Shown here piece by piece: positions 50,605-64,000 of a stretch of DNA of 64,000 nt; within the stretch, counting starts at the first letter, position 1, and the number at the start of each line of letters is the position of its first letter. The notes beneath the pieces are model-generated. The model was not told the origin of the DNA and made no database searches. It saw only the letters and a program-made list of their open reading frames with translations. Origin of the DNA: Eledone cirrhosa (lineage: Eukaryota); the NCBI GenBank assembly GCA_964016885.1, contig OZ024740.1, positions 304,978,001-305,042,000 of the forward strand, given 5' to 3'. The position numbers and the translations under genes were made by a program.

Positions 50605-50714
50605 TGCTCTGATGAAAACGACTGGTTATAAACAAAGTATTGGAGATCGATTGACGCAAAATCAGGCGGGTAGCGAACTCTAGACCTACCAGATCAAAGA
50701 AACAATTGTCAGCA
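50605..50714 (+). ncRNA. Hammerhead ribozyme with an ~83-nt stem II region
   Basis: tgct-CTGATGA-(83 nt, inner ctggt/accag)-GAAA-CAATTGTC-agca. The base of stem II is poorly paired. Confidence 0.6.
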
Positions 50715-50765
50715 ATGTGAATAAAGCCCTTAATGTATAGCGAACCATGTCACTCTTCTTTCTTG

Positions 50766-50835
<70 letters not shown>

Positions 50836-51316
50836 CTGATTAGTTCTTTCGTTGTTTTTGGTATTGTATGGTTGGGTTTCACCTACCGCAATTTTCACTT
50901 TGTCAAGCTTTTAAATGTAATGTTATTACTCTAAGGTATTATAATGAGTATTGCTTTGCTACTCATTCCTTATTGTAGGTTGGCTTTGCTTGGCCACAGC
51001 CAAAGCTTCGACTTTACTAAGCTTCCACTTGTATTATTATCTCCTAGACTTAATTAATTAATTAATTTAATTATACAATTCTGTTGATTGGTTAATTATT
51101 TGTGTTTGTTTAATAACATCTGGTTGAGAGCTTTTATTCGGAATGCTGAGCGGAATTAGTTTTCCCTTGTTAACATTTTGAATTTACCCGCCAAAAATCA
51201 GGGGTTGCTTCCCTTGTTGGAAATAACATGTTACAATGAAATGTTTGAAGGCTGCCTATTGTGGCAGTCGCATTTAGTTAATGTTCACACCAGGTTGAGG
51301 CAATAGAATGGAATCC

Positions 51317-51447
51317 CTGTTGATGAAGTGAATCCCCTGTTCGATCATGGAATACCACAAGCTTACGTCTTACGTAAGTTGGATGGATGATTTCGGATTC
51401 GTAGAAACACATCGGACATATTGCAGAATATCGTTCGACCTGTCCAG
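51317..51447 (+). ncRNA. Degenerate hammerhead with extended stems II and III
   Basis: ctg-TTGATGA-agtgaatcc..ggattcgta-GAAAC-..tcggac atatt gcag aatat cgttcga..-GTC-cag. The first core base is T instead of C. Confidence 0.55.
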
Positions 51448-51569
51448 TTCTGTTGTTTTACCTATTGTTTTACCTGATTGCCTACCGCAATTTTCAATTT
51501 GTCAAGCCTTTAAACGTAATATTATATATATATATACTGTGTATATATATATACATATATATATATACA

Positions 51570-51649
<80 letters not shown>

Positions 51650-51658
<9 letters not shown>

Positions 51659-52560
51659 AATGAATAATAACAGGTAGACATCATAAAAAGGTAGTTTATT
51701 CCGTGTGCTTACAAGTGTTTCCACGGTGGTACTGCAGCCTAGTTCCGCTACGTGCAAATTCACAAGTATTTGCAGAACTCGAATATCCAATGCTGTGACC
51801 ACTGTTTCCTCAGAGCAGAATGGTAAATATACAATGTAAAAACCCTTAAGTGGGGTTGTTGGGGAAGATAGAGTGGAACAGGAAGAGAGAAAAGTAGGGA
51901 AGATGGAGAGAGAAGGAAAGATATGCAGGGGTTGGAGAAGTAGGAGAGAGTGGCTTGTAGATATCTTAATCAAAATGTTATGGTAGGGGTTTTATTAGTT
52001 ACTTTTGGAGAGATGCGTAGATAGTTGAGGTCGGAATTATTTATTGCCCCAGAGGTCAAGTTCATAGATGTTGAGAGGGAGGTAGGTCAAAGGTGAGAGA
52101 GAGAGAGTGTAATGGATGTAGAGAGAGATATATAGGTAGAGAGGGGACAGATAAAGTATATGTGGTGAGTGAACTTTTGGTTTTGTAGTAGTAATCTAGG
52201 AATTGTACTGAGTTACCATGTATAGTGATAAGCAGTGTATTGTCTTGTAGTGTGGGGGAGAAGAGAAGGTTGTTAGCTAGAAAGTGGTGTTGTAGTTACG
52301 GGTTCGAATGTTAAGTTATTTTATAGTGAGAGAATTTAGCTTTTAGTTTGTGGTTGCAGTATAATGATCGTTCAATTCTATCGTTAAGTAGTTTGTTTTT
52401 GGATTTTAGTATGTAAAATAGCTCAAGGTTACATAACCTGCAGTACTTCAAACCACTCCGTAGCGGAACTAGGCTGCAGTACCACCGTGGAAACACTTGT
52501 AAGCACACGGAATAAACTACCTTTTTATGATGTCTACCTGTTATTATTCATTCTTTATAT
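51650..52560 (-). mobile_element. 5'-truncated Penelope-like element with inverted pLTR
   Basis: Endonuclease-end peptide [37 protein letters not shown] (52311-52456). Perfect ~102-bp inverted repeat 51651-51752 / 52459-52560. Hammerhead in the 3' end. Confidence 0.85.
51706..51817 (-). ncRNA. Hammerhead ribozyme with an ~85-nt stem II region
   Basis: tgct-CTGAGGA-aacagtggt...accaccgtg-GAAA-CACTTGTA-agca. Confidence 0.75.
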
Positions 52561-52699
52561 ACACTCCGGAATACTGAAGGATCAGGAACTAAGTTTCTTG
52601 AACAATTCTTCCATAACTCGTAGAGTAACCTCTTACCGTACGTCAACCATATCCAGTGTAGTAATTAACCATCACTGCATCTTGGATAATCCTATACCT

Positions 52700-55270
<2,571 letters not shown>

Positions 55271-55355
55271 ACTTTGAATAACTTTGAAATGTTTTGGCCA
55301 GTATTGGCCCAGGCCATGTCTAACTTAATAGCACCACCTGGCGAAGTCTTTCAAT

Positions 55356-58300
55356 TCAGGATTTGGGCACCATGGCCCATTCGAGAAGAGAATTACTGTT
55401 TGCGGAGACATATCCGGGTGTGGGTGGTTTGTCCGGGATTACTTGGAGGAATTTGTCCAAAGACTTCTTGAATTTTGTGTGGTCAGTTTCTGTTTTGACG
55501 TGTCCTGGTGTGATGTTGAAGAGAGCAGGGCCGATTGAGGTGAAATAATTGTGCCGTATTGTTGTTATGAGTTGCGATTTAGATTTTTGAATGGGACGGA
55601 TAGCACGGGGCCCAAGCCTTGGGTGTATCTTGAAGGCGATGCCAACATCATTTGGGCAGTGATGATGGAACATTTTCCACATCATGCAGATAATATAACG
55701 CTCACGGCGACGTTGGAGTGAGTAAAGTTTCAGGTTTTCCAATCGACCCCAGTAGTCAAGGTCTGACATGCCATCTATCTTTTTCGTGATTGCCCTTTGA
55801 GGAGCTTCAAGTTTCATGATACTTTGTTTCGTGTGGGGAGACCACAGTGGACAACAGTATTCAAGGTGTGGTCGGGCGAAAGTAGAGAAGAGAAGGATAA
55901 TGGTGCGGGAATCTCTCGACTGGAAGGTTCTGAGGATCCAGGAACACATTCTGCGGGCCATGTCAACTTTGCTGCTTATATGCGTGGTCCAGCTTATGTT
56001 GCTGTCCACGGTTACTCCCAAGTCTCTGATGTTGTTAGATGCCACGAGAGTTTCCCCGGAGGGAAGGGAGTACGGGAGTTTCAGAGCATCCTCTTTTCCA
56101 AAGTGGATCAGTTCGAATTTGTCTTCGTTCAGTAACATGTTGTTCTTTTCTGCCCATTGGGTAACAGCCAGTAGGTCTGACTGAAGGCTTATCCGGTCAT
56201 CCACGCCATTGATGACCTTTTGGAGCTTGGAATCATCAGCGAAAATTTTAATGTTGCTGTGTTTGATGATGTCAGTGATGTCATTAATATAGATGATGAA
56301 GAGAAGTGGGCCCAACACAGTGCCTTGTGGGACTCCACTACTGACTTTGGCTGGGCTTGATTTGACTCCCTCAACTACAACATGTTGGGTTCTGTTTGAC
56401 AGGAAGCTCTTGATCCACTGCAGCAGCTTTCCAGTGACACCAATATTGGACAGCTTTCTCAGTAGAATGTTATGATCAACCCTGTCAAAGGCCTTGCTGA
56501 AATCAAGGTAGATAACATCAGTGTTGGAACCCTCTCCCAAGGCTCTCAAAATGTCATCAAAGTGATGCAGTAGTTGCGTCAGGCAATCCCTTCCATTACG
56601 GAATCCATGCTGGTTGGAGTTCAGCATATTGTTACTCTCAAGGAAGTGGGTCATTCGCGATCTCACCACTCGCTCAAATACCTTAATGATATGAGAGGTG
56701 AGTGAGATTGGACGGTAATTCACGGCAAGGGATTTGTTTCCCTTTTTGAAAACTGGGACAACAGACTGGGATAGAAGGTTTTCTGGCACATATCCAGCAT
56801 CCAGTGAGTTCCGCCACAGATTGGCAAGAGGAGAAGCAAGTTGGTGTTGACACGCCTTCAAGACACAAGCAGGGAACCTATCGGGACCTACTGCTGAATT
56901 ATGCTTGATTTCCTTTATTGCCGCCAAGACATCAGGGGCGCCAAACGTTATGTCCGATAAGGTGTAATGGGGAGTAACATCGCCGATACAGCCCAGATCG
57001 GCCATATCAGGACTGCTGAAAACAGAGCAGTATTGTTTCTGCAGTATCTCACCCATGGTTTTAGCATTGTCTTGAAGAGTGCCATTTTCATCAATTAGAG
57101 GGCCAACAGTAGAGCCAGTGATTTTGTGTTTTTTTGCAAATGAAAAGAACACTTTGGGATTGAGTTTGATCTTCTCAATGGCCCAGGCCTCTTCAGCTCT
57201 TCTCTGATTGTTGATGAGGGACATTATGTTGTTTTGGAGGTTATGTTTTTTAATCTCTAGTGATGAAATGGCAGTCAAGTTGATGTGTTGCTGCTGACAG
57301 TATTTCAGATTGTTGATTTTTTTGTTCGTTCTCTTAATTTTTCTGATGAGCGTTTTTCTATTTCTAGGGATTCTGCTCTTAGATTTGTTTATAGTTCTTA
57401 ATGGGGTGTGTTTAGCACATATGTTTGTAACAGTGTCCACAAATGTCTGCCAGGATTTTTTGATGTTAGTGGGTGTATGAGTGTGCGTGAAGGACCAGTC
57501 GACATGTGCAAGATCATGACTGATCGCTTCCCAGTTTGCATTGTGGAAATCCATAGCGTCAAACGGATGGACAGGAGAAATGACATTGGGTTTGTATATT
57601 GGACGGTGGAATCTCAGATCACAGAGAACCATGTCATGATCAGAGAGTAGAGTTTTCTCCACTGCAATATTGTGGATATTGTCAGTGTGATTGCTGAAAA
57701 TTAAGTCTAGGACGTTTTTGTGGCACCTCGTTGGTTCGAGCACTAGTTGGGATAGGAAGAAATCATCCATGAAGTCAAGAAGCGATTCCACAGCTTCCCT
57801 GTCAGAGGTTGAGGCAGAAGAACCTGGTGGCAGGGTGTTTGTGGACCAGTCAACTCCGGGGAGGTTGAAGTCCCCCATCATTAAGATGTTGTCAGGGTGA
57901 CACTCTTGGATGAAACACTTTATGCTGTTGAGGCATTCCTTGAAGCATGGTACAGGCGTTTGGGGTGGCCTATAGAGCCCAACTACTAATAGGTTGTTGG
58001 TTTGACTGAATACAGTGACTGCCTCACAGTATCCATTAGTGAATATGTTCATAGCCTCTGTTGAGAAAGAATTATGGACATAAATGGCAGTTCCGCCCTT
58101 TCTTCTGCCAGCGCGATCAGCACGGATGGCTTTGAAATTTTTCACTTTCACCTCGGCTTCCAAGTGGAGGTTACTGAGATGGGTTTCAGTGAGGACGAAG
58201 AAAGGGATGTGGTTTGGATGGACATCAATCCAGTCCTCCAGGAATTTGATCTTCCATTTTTGAGTATTGGTGGAAGGGCTGATGCCTTGGGCGTTAAGCA

Positions 58301-58493
58301 AAAATGTAGAGGCGAGAGTGGATGGTTTTAATTGTTTTGGTGTGTTGTTAATTTGTTTGTTTGTTAATGGCAGCAATGGGAGTTTGTGCAGTGGGGTGAT
58401 AGTGGAGGGTGGTGCTGGGTGATAGCTCGAATGTTTTTTTCCAGTTCTTTTGCCAGATTCATTATGGCTAAAAAAGAGGAAGAAGTTTCCTGT
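55356..58493 (-). CDS. LINE ORF2: APE endonuclease + reverse transcriptase (start undefined; frame open from 58493)
   Basis: LNAQG, LTETHL, GDFN, LDLIF, SDH; [49 protein letters not shown]. Confidence 0.95.
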   Translation of the reverse strand, partial: TGNFFLFFSHNESGKRTGKKHSSYHPAPPSTITPLHKLPLLPLTNKQINNTPKQLKPSTLASTFLLNAQGISPSTNTQKWKIKFLEDWIDVHPNHIPFFVLTETHLSNLHLEAEVKVKNFKAIRADRAGRRKGGTAIYVHNSFSTEAMNIFTNGYCEAVTVFSQTNNLLVVGLYRPPQTPVPCFKECLNSIKCFIQECHPDNILMMGDFNLPGVDWSTNTLPPGSSASTSDREAVESLLDFMDDFFLSQLVLEPTRCHKNVLDLIFSNHTDNIHNIAVEKTLLSDHDMVLCDLRFHRPIYKPNVISPVHPFDAMDFHNANWEAISHDLAHVDWSFTHTHTPTNIKKSWQTFVDTVTNICAKHTPLRTINKSKSRIPRNRKTLIRKIKRTNKKINNLKYCQQQHINLTAISSLEIKKHNLQNNIMSLINNQRRAEEAWAIEKIKLNPKVFFSFAKKHKITGSTVGPLIDENGTLQDNAKTMGEILQKQYCSVFSSPDMADLGCIGDVTPHYTLSDITFGAPDVLAAIKEIKHNSAVGPDRFPACVLKACQHQLASPLANLWRNSLDAGYVPENLLSQSVVPVFKKGNKSLAVNYRPISLTSHIIKVFERVVRSRMTHFLESNNMLNSNQHGFRNGRDCLTQLLHHFDDILRALGEGSNTDVIYLDFSKAFDRVDHNILLRKLSNIGVTGKLLQWIKSFLSNRTQHVVVEGVKSSPAKVSSGVPQGTVLGPLLFIIYINDITDIIKHSNIKIFADDSKLQKVINGVDDRISLQSDLLAVTQWAEKNNMLLNEDKFELIHFGKEDALKLPYSLPSGETLVASNNIRDLGVTVDSNISWTTHISSKVDMARRMCSWILRTFQSRDSRTIILLFSTFARPHLEYCCPLWSPHTKQSIMKLEAPQRAITKKIDGMSDLDYWGRLENLKLYSLQRRRERYIICMMWKMFHHHCPNDVGIAFKIHPRLGPRAIRPIQKSKSQLITTIRHNYFTSIGPALFNITPGHVKTETDHTKFKKSLDKFLQVIPDKPPTPGYVSANSNSLLEWAMVPKS

Positions 58494-59524
58494 TTAGAAG
58501 ACTGTTGGTGACTGTGGTAGTGGTTATTTTTATGTAGGTTATGGTTTTTGTTTTTGCTTTTATTTTTAATTTTATTTTCATTTATCCGACGGGTCCCCGG
58601 GAGATGGGTAAAGGGACAATCCCGGTCTAAACACAATCTGTCTCGCAGGGAAAAACGGCAGATTTGTGGATTCCTTGTTTGAGTTATTGGTGGTTGTGTT
58701 GGTGTTAAATTAGAGTATGTATTATGGTGGTGGCTGTTTGTGGGGATAGATCGTTTTGTCCTAGGTAAATGGGTGAATTTGCAGCCACTATCCGTACATA
58801 TTCTATAGCGTAGAGAGTAGCGGCAAATGATGGGGTTTCGAGTGGGTGGGTATGTGGGTGTGGGTGTTGTGAGAGGTGTAGATGATGGTTTGGGTAGGAT
58901 TTGACGACCTTTGTGGACTGTGGGAGGGAGAGTTCTTGTTCTGGTATTAGAAGGTAAATTCCTTGACATAGCAGTAGACAAAAATGTTGTAGTAGTAGTA
59001 GTAGGCAGAGATGTTGGCAGTGGTGATGATTGGACTGCTGGGCCAGAGAAAGGATGTGGCGTTTCATGCTGTGAGACAGAGGCTACTGGGGGGTCAATAG
59101 TTTCATTTAGTAGATCGGCCATTGTTGATGAATCAAGGAGTGGTTCACACTGTTGTTGTTGTTGTTGCTGTTGTTGATGTTGTTGTTGTAGCTGTTGTTG
59201 ATGTTGTTGTTGTAGCTGTTGTTGTTGTTGCTGTTGTAGCTGCTGTTGTTGTTGCTGCTGCTGCTGGACAGCATTCGAAGAGAAAACACACCGTAGTTTA
59301 TCCAAATGTTTATTGATTAATTTAAAAGCAATTTCGATTTGCTTTAATTTATTTTGAATCTGTTGTTCAGATCGAGTTTTCAAAAATTGAACTGTACGTT
59401 TAGCAATGTCGTTCAGAGATGAAGCATCTATATTTTCTGTTTGGGAAAGGCAATGCCATGTGTTTATTAGAATGTCGATTTCATTATCAGACCAGTTCTG
59501 TTTGGATTTTTGCTGGTTAGCCAT
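58364..59524 (-). CDS. LINE ORF1: Myb/SANT-like N-terminus, polyQ, two CCCH zinc fingers
   Basis: WSDNEIDILINTW..IAKR..RSEQQIQNKLK, a Q-rich tract, and C-x8-C-x4-C-x3-H at 58769-58825 and 58604-58660. Confidence 0.88.
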   Translation of the reverse strand: MANQQKSKQNWSDNEIDILINTWHCLSQTENIDASSLNDIAKRTVQFLKTRSEQQIQNKLKQIEIAFKLINKHLDKLRCVFSSNAVQQQQQQQQQLQQQQQQQLQQQHQQQLQQQHQQQQQQQQQCEPLLDSSTMADLLNETIDPPVASVSQHETPHPFSGPAVQSSPLPTSLPTTTTTTFLSTAMSRNLPSNTRTRTLPPTVHKGRQILPKPSSTPLTTPTPTYPPTRNPIICRYSLRYRICTDSGCKFTHLPRTKRSIPTNSHHHNTYSNLTPTQPPITQTRNPQICRFSLRDRLCLDRDCPFTHLPGTRRINENKIKNKSKNKNHNLHKNNHYHSHQQSSKQETSSSFLAIMNLAKELEKNIRAITQHHPPLSPHCTNSHCCH

Positions 59525-60031
59525 TCTAGTTTTGAGTGTGTGTGTGTTTTAGTTAAGTATTTCAATATATATATATTTTTTTTTTAAATTTATTTTTGAT
59601 TTATTTTTGTTTTTTGTTTTTCTTGTGTGTGAGTGAGAAGCGTATATATATAAATATGAGTATATATATATATATATATATGTATATTCTGGTTATTTGA
59701 AATTAATTAAGTTAATGAAAAGACGAAAGTATATAATAATAATTTGTAGTTAAAGGAAAATGTACTCACAAGTTCGTGTGTGTGTGTTTTAGTTAAGTAT
59801 TTCAATATATATATATATTTTTTTTAATTTATTTTTGATTTATTTTTGTTTTTTGTTTTTCTTGTGTGTGAGTGAGAAGCGTATATATATAAATATGAGT
59901 ATATATATATATATATATGTATATTCTGGTTATTTGAAATTAATTAAGTTAATGAAAAGACGAAAGTATATAATAATAATTTGTAGTTAAAGGAAAATGT
60001 ACTCAGAAGTTCGAAAACACGTGGTTTCGAA

Positions 60032-63362
<3,331 letters not shown>

Positions 63363-63507
63363 GTTGAATAAATGAACAGAGAACAAAAAACAGAGGGGCA
63401 GTACAAATGATATGGTTTTTAGTTTCATGCTTGAGAGTGGAGGGTGATACATATATATATGACCATCCCCAAATATAACAATATATATATAACGCCCACA
63501 GGATACT

Positions 63508-64000
63508 AGCTCCGTTGGATGTGTAATAGTAATATATGTGAACGGCAAAGCATAAATGAACTAAGTGAGAAATTAGGAATAAGAGGGATCAGATGCTGTT
63601 TACTTGGGAGAAGACTACGTTGGTATGGTCACGTGATGCGCATGAAAGACGACAGCTGTATAAAAAAGTGCAGGGCGATCAAAATTGATGGAATCTATGG
63701 GGTAGGCAGACCCAGAAAAACCTGGGACGATTTGATAAATTCCGACCTTACACACACCTCTCCAAGACAATGTCACTGGACCGAGATCTTTGGCGCTACG
63801 CAGTAATACAGAAGACCGACCTTGCCTAAGTACAAAGCGAAACCTACAGTCAGTAGGCACCGCTTAACCAAAAATACACCCCCACCCCACCCATCTACAC
63901 CACAACACCCAGTCCTAAATAAATGAGGTTATATAGGTGTCACGACAAAAAAACACACAGTCCACGCTATAATGTGGCCGTGTAGGTAACATGGTAAAAA
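63508..64000 (+). mobile_element. RTE LINE 3' portion, long-3'UTR family, running off the window
   Basis: MCNSNICERQSINELSEKLGIRGIRCC..WYGHVMRM, with a 3'UTR matching 44900-45090. Confidence 0.93.

Larger units (their letters stand above)
55271..60031 (-). mobile_element. Full-length, apparently intact CR1/L2-group LINE
   Basis: 5'UTR with a 237-bp tandem duplication, 386-aa ORF1, uninterrupted ORF2 of over 1000 aa, short 3'UTR ending in (TTCAAAGTTA)2. Confidence 0.95.

Noticed and set aside
52565-52615. CTGAAGGA followed by hairpin tcaggaac-taa-gtttcttga
   Set aside because: It lacks canonical CUGANGA/GAAA spacing, so a ribozyme cannot be called.

Overview
AT-rich animal DNA made almost entirely of repeats. 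No host protein-coding gene could be supported. The SINE, RTE-tail and microsatellite repertoire resembles an octopus or other coleoid cephalopod (inference). Contents: (1) one apparently intact, full-length two-ORF CR1/L2-group LINE (55271-60031, minus) inside a multi-kb (TA)n/TACATC array, with a Myb/SANT + polyQ + 2x CCCH ORF1; (2) a second, disabled CR1-group LINE (about 24820-28228); (3) many 5'-truncated RTE LINEs with a PHD finger inserted in the RT domain; (4) Penelope-like element fragments and about 9 hammerhead-ribozyme motifs from several families, often in inverted-repeat structures; (5) tRNA-derived SINEs, non-autonomous Helitrons, piggyBac/hAT/TA-type MITEs, a CRE-type endonuclease fragment, a decayed Gypsy gag, and 41-, 48- and 60-bp minisatellites. 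Strongest unusual signal: both CR1-group LINEs have an ORF2 with no AUG before its endonuclease motifs, in the -1 frame, entered through in-phase retroviral-type slippery heptamers, which suggests -1 programmed ribosomal frameshifting. All family assignments rest on motifs recognised by eye; no database search was run.
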